This document shows, piece after piece, positions 28,949 through 37,627 of a stretch of DNA of 64,000 nucleotides. Each line of letters starts with the position of its first letter. Position 1 is the stretch's first letter. This DNA is from an uncultured virus (IMG/VR IMGVR_UViG_3300014964_000592) (Duplodnaviria > Heunggongvirae > Uroviricota > Caudoviricetes), in IMG/VR virus record IMGVR_UViG_3300014964_000592, positions 1 to 64,000 of that record; one strand, written 5' to 3'. The notes under the pieces are model-generated. The model had not been told where the DNA came from. It worked only from the letters and a program-made list of their open reading frames with translations, and ran no database searches. Made by a program: the position numbers and the translations under genes.

Positions 28949-29695
28949 ATGAAAAATAAAATCTTTGCAAAACTAAAACAGGAGTATTCCTCTCTTGGGT
29001 TAGGCGACGAATATCTGATGGCAAAAGCCGATTCCCTTGCAGCGACCGGTCTTGTGACTGACGATAACGTCGATGCTGTCGTGGCATGTCAGCGTAAAGA
29101 GCTTGAGGGTCTTCAAAAGTCCAACGACAAACGTGTTACCGACGCTCTTGAAAAGGAACGTAAAAAGCACGAAGAAGAAACTCGCAAAAAGGAGCAGGAA
29201 GCCGAGGAAGCGCGTCGCAAAGCGGAAGAAGAGGCAAAGGGCAAAGTGAAGCCCGAAGTTACCGACCCCGCCGGCGACCCGCGATACGACGAACTGAAAA
29301 AGCAGTTTGACGAAATCGTCGCCGCCGGAAAGAAGCGCGATGCTGAGTCGGCTGCAACCATCAAGGCTCTTACCGATAGGAACACGGAACTTGGCAAGGC
29401 GGTCAAAGACCTCACTGACAAGAATACCGCAGCGGAAGCAGCAGCTGCCAAAGCAGCACGCAATGCGATGATAGTGGCGAAAGCCAAAGAGTTGGGCGTT
29501 CCGCAGTGGCGTATCGACGAGGGCTTCATTATCGCGGATGACGCGACCGATGAGGTTGTAACCGAAACGCTGACCAAGGTTGCGAACAACATCAACACCA
29601 ATATTCTTCCGGGAAATCGTGGCATGTTCCCCATGGCCGGCAATGAGCCTACCAAGGATGAGCTTGCTTCGATGGCTGCAAACCTCGTTAAGTAA
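28949..29695 (+). CDS. Probable capsid scaffolding protein
   Basis: Charged coiled-coil protein upstream of the capsid genes. Confidence 0.7.
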   Translation: MKNKIFAKLKQEYSSLGLGDEYLMAKADSLAATGLVTDDNVDAVVACQRKELEGLQKSNDKRVTDALEKERKKHEEETRKKEQEAEEARRKAEEEAKGKVKPEVTDPAGDPRYDELKKQFDEIVAAGKKRDAESAATIKALTDRNTELGKAVKDLTDKNTAAEAAAAKAARNAMIVAKAKELGVPQWRIDEGFIIADDATDEVVTETLTKVANNINTNILPGNRGMFPMAGNEPTKDELASMAANLVK

Positions 29696-29717
29696 CAACT
29701 AAACCCCAACAAGAATT

Positions 29718-30149
29718 ATGAAGAATGACATCTCACCCAACAAGGAAACGGTTGTCTTCGGCAATGATTCCGCAGTAATCCGTAAGTACATCAGCGGTAT
29801 CCCCGGTGGTCGTACTCTGGACTGCACCGGTTTCAAAGAAGACACCGTGCTGGCCGGCCACGTCATCATCAAGAAGACTGACGGCAAGTATGCCCCCATG
29901 CCCGTTAAGGCAGCAGTTCCGGCATCAGGCGAAACAGCCGCAACGCCCGCGAGCTACGACTCGCTTCCCGCCGGCGCAACCTACGTGGGCATCCTTTATC
30001 GCTCCATCAGCGTAAAGAACCCCGCAGCTTCCATCATGTACGATGGCGTCGTAAACGACAAATTAGTTCCCTATCCCATGACAAGCATCTTGACCGCGTT
30101 CAAGACCGCTTGCCCTCACATCATTTTTGAACAGGACGAGGAGGCCTAA
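29718..30149 (+). CDS. Probable head decoration protein
   Basis: GIPGGRTLD...VLAGHVII; lies between scaffold and capsid genes. Confidence 0.65.
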   Translation: MKNDISPNKETVVFGNDSAVIRKYISGIPGGRTLDCTGFKEDTVLAGHVIIKKTDGKYAPMPVKAAVPASGETAATPASYDSLPAGATYVGILYRSISVKNPAASIMYDGVVNDKLVPYPMTSILTAFKTACPHIIFEQDEEA

Positions 30150-30157
30150 GAATCAGA

Positions 30158-31246
30158 GTTAATCAGTCATTTTATTTCGATTACGCAAAGCGTTTCTTCC
30201 CCGGCCTTGTGCTGGCTATCGTAGAACGCCTCAACGAGAAGCGTGCCAATTCCGCTCTCACCTACCTTTACAAAGAAAAACTTCGCCCGCAGTTTTCGCT
30301 TGATGGCCGCTGGGCTTCCATCCTTGCGGAATACACCCGCGTAGCCGCCGACGTTGTGGCACTTGACTCCGAGCTTCCGCTCAAGAGCCGTGACACACTG
30401 GAGGTTGCTTCCGGCACAATTCCCAAAATCGGTATGAAGCTCTACCTGACCGAAAAGCAGATGAAAGACGTTGACTCGATGATTGCGCAGGGTGTTCCCC
30501 TCCAGACCATCATCGACAACATCTTCGCTGATACCCCCCGTTGCATCGAGGGCATCTGGGAGCGCATCGAAGACATCTTCCTTTCGGAGCTTTCGTCGGG
30601 TGTCGGCGTTTCCGAGCGCAACAACGGCACAGGTGTGCGCATCAACATGAATTTCTATGACGACAACCAGTTCGCTGTTTCCAAACTTTGGAGCAACACC
30701 GACGCAACTCCGCTTGACGACATCCAGAAACTTGTTGACAAGTCCATTACCGACGCAAACACCATCATCGACGCATACGCTGACGACACCGCCCTCGGTC
30801 TTCTCTACAAGAACAAGCAGGTGCGTTCACAGTTCGCGTTCAATCAGGGCATCGCCATGACCGGTTCGACCACCGTGCCGGTGCTTGACTTTGCGAAGCT
30901 CCAGCAGATTTTCCTCACCAAGTGGAACATCAATCTGCACCGCGTCGCCCGCCGTGTCAAGACCGAGCTTAACGGCGAAAAGAAAAACCATACCCCGTGG
31001 AAGACCGGAACAATTTCCTTTGTCTGCGATGAAGAGCTTGGCTCACTCGTATGGACTAACGTTGCCGAGGCTTCGCGCCCCGTTGAAGGCGTTGTCTATC
31101 AGACTGCCGACCAGTACATCCTCGCAAAGAAATATTCCAAGACCGACCCCCTCCGCGAGTTTACCGCTTCCGAGGCTATGGTTGTGCCTGTGTTGAACAA
31201 CGTTGACCGCATCTACACGCTCGACACTCAGACAGTTCAGGAATGA
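30158..31246 (+). CDS. Major capsid protein with putative GTT start (362 aa)
   Basis: AADVVALDSELPLKSR, GTIPKIG, ATPLDDI and TDPLREFT motifs. The frame extends 17 codons upstream of the GTG at 30209 to GTT-AAT-CAG (VNQSFYFDYAKRFFPGLV), with no ATG/GTG/TTG back to the in-frame TGA at 30128. Confidence 0.88.
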   Translation, partial: VNQSFYFDYAKRFFPGLVLAIVERLNEKRANSALTYLYKEKLRPQFSLDGRWASILAEYTRVAADVVALDSELPLKSRDTLEVASGTIPKIGMKLYLTEKQMKDVDSMIAQGVPLQTIIDNIFADTPRCIEGIWERIEDIFLSELSSGVGVSERNNGTGVRINMNFYDDNQFAVSKLWSNTDATPLDDIQKLVDKSITDANTIIDAYADDTALGLLYKNKQVRSQFAFNQGIAMTGSTTVPVLDFAKLQQIFLTKWNINLHRVARRVKTELNGEKKNHTPWKTGTISFVCDEELGSLVWTNVAEASRPVEGVVYQTADQYILAKKYSKTDPLREFTASEAMVVPVLNNVDRIYTLDTQTVQE

Positions 31247-31578
31247 AAGCGACCGTCCTCATACCTTTCCGCGACAAACACGACCACAAGGTAGTGTATT
31301 CGCCCGGAGATGTAAAGGAATTTGACAATGACCGTGTGGTGGCACTCGCCGCCCGCGGTCTTGTCAAACCCCTTGAAGAAGCCTCCGAAACCGAAGAAAG
31401 CGCAGATGTCAAGCCTGCAAAGGGTAAAGGCAAAGGTAAAGGTAAAAACGCCAAGAAAGATAAGGAAGCCCCCGCCGAGGTAGCTCCCGAAGCTGAAAAG
31501 GTGGATGCCGACACCGATACCGATACCGAAGCAGAAGACACCGACGCTGATGTAGAAAATTCCACCGACAAAGAATAA
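31243..31578 (+). CDS. Small head-associated protein with acidic tail
   Basis: FRDKHDHKVVYSPGD...RVVALAARGLV; follows the capsid gene. Confidence 0.7.
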   Translation: MKATVLIPFRDKHDHKVVYSPGDVKEFDNDRVVALAARGLVKPLEEASETEESADVKPAKGKGKGKGKNAKKDKEAPAEVAPEAEKVDADTDTDTEAEDTDADVENSTDKE

Positions 31579-31584
31579 CAACCG

Positions 31585-31926
31585 ATGACTATCCGCGCTT
31601 ACATAACCGACAAACTGAAAGCCTATGGAATTTCCGAGGCGCAGCTAATCGACTTGTCTATTGCATCCGGTCTTAACCTTGACTCTGATGTTGTGGCAAA
31701 CGACCCCGCTGTTGTAGGCGTTGCGCTGACGCACACCCTTGAGGAGTGCATCCTTGCGCCGCGACTGTCTAATGTGAGCGAAAACGGTTTTTCGATGTCA
31801 TGGAACTACGACTCCGTGGGCAAGTATTACCTATGGCTTTGTCGCAAATGGGGATTGACCCCTAACGATGATGTCATGGCGTTACTTGGCCTTTCCTCGA
31901 TTATAGACCGCACAGACAACTGGTAA
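31585..31926 (+). CDS. Probable head-tail connector/adaptor
   Basis: Position in the operon; VSENGFSMSW motif. Confidence 0.6.
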   Translation: MTIRAYITDKLKAYGISEAQLIDLSIASGLNLDSDVVANDPAVVGVALTHTLEECILAPRLSNVSENGFSMSWNYDSVGKYYLWLCRKWGLTPNDDVMALLGLSSIIDRTDNW

Positions 31927-31931
31927 AAGCA

Positions 31932-32261
31932 ATGTACTACGCTCCACACATATTGCAAAAGCTCGTGATACCCGAAGAGGTGTCTGATGAACTTGGAAGA
32001 CCAATCCCAAGCGAAGCAGGCGACGAATGGGTTGAGGTGTGCAGATGCAGATGTGACCACAATGGGGATAAGGAAATCAAGATGCCCGACGGCACTGTAA
32101 TAAGACCGGAATACCATATTGTCCTTGAGGGTAACACCCCCGACATCAAGACCGGCGATTATGTGCGATGCCTGAAAGCTGACGGAAGCATCCGGGGTGA
32201 GGGTCGTGCTATCAGACCAAGAACATTAAACTATCTGCCTTATGCCGAAATCTACGTGTAA
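31932..32261 (+). CDS. Probable head closure protein
   Basis: Position; DELGRPI...CRCD. Confidence 0.55.
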   Translation: MYYAPHILQKLVIPEEVSDELGRPIPSEAGDEWVEVCRCRCDHNGDKEIKMPDGTVIRPEYHIVLEGNTPDIKTGDYVRCLKADGSIRGEGRAIRPRTLNYLPYAEIYV

Positions 32262-32550
32262 ATTTGATTTTAGCGATGTAGCCCCGGCTCTTGCACGTTT
32301 CAATCGCCAAGTACGAAAGAAAGTGGAGGAGGTAGGGCAAGAAGCCGTGGAATACGCTATTGAAAATGGCGACTACCACGATGTCACAGGCGAAACACGC
32401 GCAAGCAATCATTACAAGGTTGACGGAAACAACAATCTGACCATCTATAATGACTGCGACCACGCCGCAGAGCTTGAGGCAAACGGCAAGGATGTGATTG
32501 GAAATGCGGCCTTATACGCAGAACAACGACTTAAAGAGATTTTTGAATGA
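32242..32550 (+). CDS. Probable neck / tail-completion protein
   Basis: YHDVTGETRAS motif; position in the operon. Confidence 0.55.
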   Translation: MPKSTCKFDFSDVAPALARFNRQVRKKVEEVGQEAVEYAIENGDYHDVTGETRASNHYKVDGNNNLTIYNDCDHAAELEANGKDVIGNAALYAEQRLKEIFE

Positions 32551-32942
32551 TAACCACAACCGACGCAGCCAACATTCTTTACACCGCCTGCAAAATCTTT
32601 GGGATGCCCGTCTATCAAGCCGGGAACATTCCGGAGGGTAAGGTAGGCAAGGATGGCCGTGTGGTCATCCACGTCAAAGAACACACCCCCGGCTCCACTT
32701 GGAAAAAGGGATTTGTCGAAATCAATCTTTTTGCCGCTGACACGCCGAAAGGAAAGTCTGACCTAATCCGTCTTAATGAGCTTGAGCGAATGGCTGTCAA
32801 AGACCTCAAGGGCATGGGATGGCATGACGGTACGGCATACACCTTTTCCGTAGCTTCTACGATACCGATGGAAAACGCCGATTTGAAAGCCCACTACATC
32901 AATGCCAAAGTGCTTTTCAAGGTATTAAACACAATGGAATAA
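32547..32942 (+). CDS. Probable tail terminator protein
   Basis: Position immediately before the tail tube gene. Confidence 0.55.
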   Translation: MITTTDAANILYTACKIFGMPVYQAGNIPEGKVGKDGRVVIHVKEHTPGSTWKKGFVEINLFAADTPKGKSDLIRLNELERMAVKDLKGMGWHDGTAYTFSVASTIPMENADLKAHYINAKVLFKVLNTME

Positions 32943-32967
32943 TTAACCCCTTAACACCCATAAACGA

Positions 32968-33516
32968 GTTACAAACAACGCACCCAAAGTTTGCGCGGTC
33001 GGCATCAAAAAGCTGTACTATGCCGACACCAGCAAGGTAACGGCAGACCTTACCGGCGCATTGCTCGCCGCACTGCTTGCCGACGAAGCCACCAAGGAAG
33101 TCAAGAACATCCATCAGGACACGTGGACTATCGAAGAGAGCGAAGCCTCGCAGGACGGCTATCGCAATCAGCTCACCGGTTCTATCTACCGCATGGGAAC
33201 GAAGACCATGGGCGACGTAACTTTCAACTGGACTATCGGTCAGTACGACTATCCTACCAAGGCTGAGTTCCTCGGTGGTGTCGCTACCGACAAGTCGTGG
33301 AAGCGTCCCCGCGGTGTCGTCGAAATCCACAAAGTCCTCATCGCACTCACCGAAGACAATCAGTATTGCGTTCTGCCCTACGCCAACGTAGCCGGTCGTG
33401 AAGCCAACACCGACGGCGCAGTAGGTCTGGGTATCGTCGGAACGGCAATGGAGCCTACCGACCCCAACATCGCATCCGAATACTGGTTCGACTCTTCCGA
33501 GGTAGTGACCGCGTAA
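32968..33516 (+). CDS. Major tail (tube) protein with putative GTT start (182 aa)
   Basis: GTT ACA AAC...VTNNAPKVCAVGIKKLYYAD...VKNIHQDTWTIEE...FNWTIGQYD. In-frame TAA at 32944 and no canonical start before the TTG at 33061. Confidence 0.82.
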   Translation, partial: VTNNAPKVCAVGIKKLYYADTSKVTADLTGALLAALLADEATKEVKNIHQDTWTIEESEASQDGYRNQLTGSIYRMGTKTMGDVTFNWTIGQYDYPTKAEFLGGVATDKSWKRPRGVVEIHKVLIALTEDNQYCVLPYANVAGREANTDGAVGLGIVGTAMEPTDPNIASEYWFDSSEVVTA

Positions 33517-33603
33517 GGAAAACCGATTCATCTAAAAGTTTGTGAAAGTGAAATGTGGTGCGCCAATGACGTACCCCATTCTTTTCAATAAATCCAAAAT
33601 GAT

Positions 33604-34005
33604 ATGGAAGAAGAAAACAAAGAAAAGAACGACGGTGCGAGAATGGTCGCCAGTGCGATTATAGGGCTTGACTACCGCATCGCCATCGTTAACGACAAGT
33701 CATACGTCATCCAGCCGCCCACAATCGCCAAGTTAGCCGGCGCGACGTATTGGTTATGCGAAAGCGGAACGGGAAGCACGTTAAGGGATATTCTGATGTC
33801 GCTGTCAAAAAGCGAAAATCTTGCAAAGGCATTATCATGGTTCATCCAAGGCAACGATGAACTTGCGGAAGAATTATCCCAAGGCAAGATGCTTGAAATC
33901 GTGGATGGTCTTGAGGCCGCTTTCTCCATGATTGAAGCTGAAAATTTTATGCGGCTATCGGCTTTACGGAAGAGCGCAAGTCGGCTGATAGCAAAACCGA
34001 AATGA
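33604..34005 (+). CDS. Tail assembly chaperone (gpG-like)
   Basis: Follows the tail tube gene; slippery heptamer A-AAT-TTT at 33942-33948. Confidence 0.75.
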   Translation: MEEENKEKNDGARMVASAIIGLDYRIAIVNDKSYVIQPPTIAKLAGATYWLCESGTGSTLRDILMSLSKSENLAKALSWFIQGNDELAEELSQGKMLEIVDGLEAAFSMIEAENFMRLSALRKSASRLIAKPK

Positions 34006-34211
34006 TTGGCAACGAGTGTATGCTCGGCCAAATCGCATCATTTATGGAAGCTCTCTGCCTGTCCTATGACGAGGTAGTCCATAAAATTCCATACCGAAAT
34101 CTGCTAATCATGCAGAAAGACAAGATGCACCCATGCACCGGTGTCAAAATCAGTCATTCCAGCGGTAAAGACATGGCCGCCCGCCGTCGCCAGAATAAGC
34201 GTGACGGTTAA
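33948..34211 (+). CDS. Tail assembly chaperone -1 frame extension (gpT-like)
   Basis: The -1 frame is open from the slippery site into the 34002-34211 ORF (LCLSYDEVVHKIPYRNLLIMQKDK). Confidence 0.7.
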   Translation, partial: YAAIGFTEERKSADSKTEMIGNECMLGQIASFMEALCLSYDEVVHKIPYRNLLIMQKDKMHPCTGVKISHSSGKDMAARRRQNKRDG

Positions 34212-34780
34212 ATCAGCGACCTTTCCAATGCAAGCACATCATCTTGCGACATAAACGTGGATAGGTAGCGATAATCTACTTGAAAGTTAGCCGGCAACAA
34301 GTCGGCTAATTCTTTTTTGTAGTACTCCACCCATTCATCCGGGTTCATGCAGCGCGATAGATTTGCCATAAGCTCCGATATGATGGCGTTGTCTTTCCCA
34401 TTCGGAAACCGAAGCATACGCTCAAGGGTGCGCTTCATCAGTTCAGTGGCGTTATTGGAACGATTGGATAGCGTATCGACGATGCCCTGTAATTCATTCA
34501 CGTTGGAAGCGGTAAAGATACCGCGTCGGCATTTGACCATCGCCACAAATTCATTCTCAAAAGGCGTATTGGGAGTAAACGATGACTCAAAGAGGTCGCC
34601 AAATTCCACCGACAAGGCATCTGCAACTTTCGTAAGCGCGTTTATCGACAGGCTTCTTCCGTTCAATATGTTTGAAATATGCTGTGGCAGCACACCCATC
34701 TTATCGGCAAGTGCTTTATTCGTCATTCCCTTTTGGGCTAAAATCTCGCGGATGCGCAGTTTGATGTTACTCCTATTCAT
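34208..34780 (-). CDS. XRE-family HTH regulator with C-terminal extension
   Basis: LRIREILAQKGMTNKALADKMGVLPQHISNILNG. Confidence 0.88.
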   Translation of the reverse strand: MNRSNIKLRIREILAQKGMTNKALADKMGVLPQHISNILNGRSLSINALTKVADALSVEFGDLFESSFTPNTPFENEFVAMVKCRRGIFTASNVNELQGIVDTLSNRSNNATELMKRTLERMLRFPNGKDNAIISELMANLSRCMNPDEWVEYYKKELADLLPANFQVDYRYLSTFMSQDDVLALERSLI

Positions 34781-34965
34781 GTCTATTCTTGTTTCTTTGC
34801 AAAGGTAGCCATTCCAAATCAATATAAACGATATTGGTGTATTAAATATTGTTAAAAACTTATTTCAATCAGTATTTTACTTTGTAGATACATTATTATT
34901 GTTTACCTTTGCAGTGTTAATCCTTGTTAGATATAAGGGTTTGCCAAAATGAAAAGAGTAACAAT

Positions 34966-35454
34966 ATGGAAAGAGAAATCCTATTTAGGGCAAAACACCT
35001 TAAAGCCGACTACTACAATGGCGAGTTAATCCCAGAGGGTAAGTGGCTATTTGGGTGGTACTACCAAAATCAGCATAAAGGCGAGATTGAACACAATATC
35101 ATCTTGCCACGCGAAAAAGGCTCACAAGGTCAAGCCGGGTTAGTGATAGACCCCGCCACACTTTGCCAGTTTACCGGGCTACACGATATAGACGGAAAGC
35201 AGATTTTTGATGGCGATATTCTTGACTCCAAGACAAGCGAATATCAGACCAACGGATACCGCTTTGTCTGCAAATGGATTGACAGTGGCTTTGCATTGAC
35301 TTTCATCGGTCTTACTTATGGCGTACCGGAACGTAATCCGTGGATAAACCGCTATCCCCTTTGCCATAACAATGTCAAAGACCTACGCATAATCGGAAAT
35401 GTGTTTGACAATCCAGAATTGATGAAAGATGCAAAAATCGAAGAATTTAGATAA
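34966..35454 (+). CDS. YopX-family protein, copy 2
   Basis: REILFRAK...TLCQFTGLHDIDGKQIFDGDIL...IIGNVFDNPELM. Confidence 0.85.
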   Translation: MEREILFRAKHLKADYYNGELIPEGKWLFGWYYQNQHKGEIEHNIILPREKGSQGQAGLVIDPATLCQFTGLHDIDGKQIFDGDILDSKTSEYQTNGYRFVCKWIDSGFALTFIGLTYGVPERNPWINRYPLCHNNVKDLRIIGNVFDNPELMKDAKIEEFR

Positions 35455-35461
35455 GCCAAAA

Positions 35462-36151
35462 ATGACACCAAAACAGACAATCGCATTATCGCCCATTCAG
35501 CAGATTAAACTGGAACTCTACCGCGAGTTTGGCGACAAGGCTCAAGAGGCCTTTGATTTCATCGTAGGCGATGAAACTATCACTGCCGTAGCGACCACAA
35601 ACCCCGCCACGGAAGAAGACGGCGTTTACATCATCTACGAAGATGGTACGCACGAAGCCTTTAATGGTGAAAACCGCAAGAATGGTGTAAAGTACGTCGG
35701 TGTAATTAATGGAAAGCGTCGCATCGCGGTCGCCTTGCACAATATCGGTGGCGAAGCTGCCGAATACCAATTCTTGAAAGATGGCGCAAAGTCACCGGAA
35801 CACTCGGTATATTATACCCGTCAGCAAGGTATTAATGCTTTTGAAGACTTCACTGGGGCGAATAATACGGCGCACATCATAAAGGACTACGACTCGGAAA
35901 TCCCATTTGACAAGTTTGAAGATGGCGAATACATCGCATCTATGGGCGAATGGGGTGTGCTGATGTCTTACGCATCGCTCATCAATGAAGCCCTTAAATA
36001 TGTCGGCGGAACTCCTATTAAGGGATGGCTTTGGTCATCCACCGAGAACAGTCAGAACGGCGCATGGTACGTCAACTTCACAGATGGCTACACCAACTAC
36101 TACTACGGCAAGTACCACGGTAACTCGGTGAGGGCGGTCGCCGCATTTTAA
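35462..36151 (+). CDS. C-type-lectin-fold (DUF1566-like) protein, probable DGR target
   Basis: C-terminus WLWSSTENSQNGAWYVNFTDGYTNYYYGKYHGNSVRAVAAF, followed by a GC-rich hairpin. Confidence 0.75.
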   Translation: MTPKQTIALSPIQQIKLELYREFGDKAQEAFDFIVGDETITAVATTNPATEEDGVYIIYEDGTHEAFNGENRKNGVKYVGVINGKRRIAVALHNIGGEAAEYQFLKDGAKSPEHSVYYTRQQGINAFEDFTGANNTAHIIKDYDSEIPFDKFEDGEYIASMGEWGVLMSYASLINEALKYVGGTPIKGWLWSSTENSQNGAWYVNFTDGYTNYYYGKYHGNSVRAVAAF

Positions 36152-36159
36152 GATTGTAC

Positions 36160-36185
36160 GCGGTCGGTCGTATTCGACTGACCGC
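36160..36185. other. GC-rich hairpin/cruciform after the putative variable region
   Basis: GCGGTCGGTCG-TATT-CGACTGACCGC with no U-tract. Confidence 0.6.
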
Positions 36186-36210
36186 TTAACGGAAAACCAA
36201 TGTATAAGAA

Positions 36211-36435
36211 ATGACACCCATTCAGCAATTCACATACGATGTCGTAAAGGAACTGCAAGCCAAATGCGAAGCCGAGCATCGCGCACCGGTCTGCGTATCC
36301 ATGCACGAAATCACACACGCTATCAATGAGCAAGTCAAGACTGCGCTCAACGGATTTATCACCGATGGCACTATGTCGTGGTCAAAGAATGTCAACGGAA
36401 TACCATTGTTCAAAATCCAAAAACCGATAGACTGA
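36211..36435 (+). CDS. Hypothetical protein
   Basis: Packed ORF. Confidence 0.55.
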   Translation: MTPIQQFTYDVVKELQAKCEAEHRAPVCVSMHEITHAINEQVKTALNGFITDGTMSWSKNVNGIPLFKIQKPID

Positions 36436-36436
36436 C

Positions 36437-36892
36437 ATGGCTTTTCTTGGCAAGTGTGCAATCCACAAAAGCAACCCCCGGATATGGCGCAGGCTGATGA
36501 ATTTTGGTCTGCATCCCAACCCTTGCAGTCCGACGATGATTGCTCGGAACAAAGGCAATCAAGTCTGCATGGTCGTTGATGGCGGCACGTTCTACAATAC
36601 AACGGAAGACAACATCGACGAGCAAATCTATGACTGCAAGGACAACGAGGGGCTTTTCTTCGCACTTGCCGCCCTACGCGACGATAGCGACCTCCATCAA
36701 TGGTTTGTCTACGACAATCGCACATGGAACGATGAAAAGCCAACGCGCTTTTGGTTTATCTGCAAGCAAGATAAGGTTGAAGATGATATGTGCCATGACC
36801 AGATGTTTACAGACTGCGAGAAAGCCACCAAGGAGGAACTTATCGCCCACTTTACCGGCTGGGATGATGACGATGTAGCAATAAACCAATAA
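36437..36892 (+). CDS. Hypothetical protein
   Basis: DCKDNEGLFFALAALRDDSDLHQWF...KATKEELIAHF. Confidence 0.7.
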   Translation: MAFLGKCAIHKSNPRIWRRLMNFGLHPNPCSPTMIARNKGNQVCMVVDGGTFYNTTEDNIDEQIYDCKDNEGLFFALAALRDDSDLHQWFVYDNRTWNDEKPTRFWFICKQDKVEDDMCHDQMFTDCEKATKEELIAHFTGWDDDDVAINQ

Positions 36893-36895
36893 ACA

Positions 36896-37216
36896 ATGGA
36901 ACACAAGCCAATCATAGACAAATTCGCCAAAGCCTATGCTGACGGAATCCCGCAGTTTGAACACAACAAACTGTATAGCATCGATGACTTCATCGCCGGC
37001 ATGGGGTTCTGGGCAGAAATCAAACGTGACGAAGATGGATTTGCCACGGAAGACTGCCTTGATGAAATGTTTGACAATATGCCTTTCGTAATCTACGACA
37101 GCGAAGACAACGATATTGAAGCCGTATGTCAGGATGATTGGCGTGGCGACATTGAGAAGCATAGTTTTTACACCCATTGGAAACCAATAATCACACCACA
37201 CAAAGATGAAGACTAA
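36896..37216 (+). CDS. Hypothetical protein
   Basis: Ends in YTHWKPI. Confidence 0.6.
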   Translation: MEHKPIIDKFAKAYADGIPQFEHNKLYSIDDFIAGMGFWAEIKRDEDGFATEDCLDEMFDNMPFVIYDSEDNDIEAVCQDDWRGDIEKHSFYTHWKPIITPHKDED

Positions 37217-37436
37217 ATTATCATTTATCACCGCAGTATTGGCGTTATGCCTCGCGTCGTGCGAGCCGGCAACACATGAAGACTGGCAGAAATATCACGA
37301 CAAGGAATGTGCGACCCGTATAACAAAATTCAACTACGAGGGTCATTCATATCTGCTTTATCGTCACAACAAAAGTGAAAGTATAGCCCACGATGCGAAT
37401 TGTCAGTGTTACAACATCCCGGATTCCGATTACTGA
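37206..37436 (+). CDS. Small lipoprotein
   Basis: MKTKLSFITAVLALCLAS-C. Confidence 0.6.
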   Translation: MKTKLSFITAVLALCLASCEPATHEDWQKYHDKECATRITKFNYEGHSYLLYRHNKSESIAHDANCQCYNIPDSDY

Positions 37437-37438
37437 TT

Positions 37439-37627
37439 ATGACTGAAATGAAAAAGAAAACAATACTCAAAATCTTGGCAGTCATCGCCCTGCTGTTTGT
37501 AGGCAACCGATTCTTCAACCACGTTACCGCGTGGGGTGGAATAGCAATCATGCTGTTTGCTGTCGCCCTTGCGGTCTACTTCATAGTTAAACCAACCAAC
37601 ATCAACAAAGACAATGAAAAAGATTAG
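37439..37627 (+). CDS. Small two-TM membrane protein
   Basis: Two hydrophobic segments; directly upstream of the SPFH gene. Confidence 0.6.
   Translation: MTEMKKKTILKILAVIALLFVGNRFFNHVTAWGGIAIMLFAVALAVYFIVKPTNINKDNEKD

Noticed and set aside
31420..31560. AAAGGT/AAAGGC and GATACC micro-repeats
   Set aside because: They encode low-complexity KGKGKGKG and DTDTDT linkers and are not a separate element.
30158..33516. Capsid and tail genes as start-loss pseudogenes of a decaying prophage
   Set aside because: Five independent genes share the same two-substitution codon and flanking context, and the ORFs are otherwise intact.
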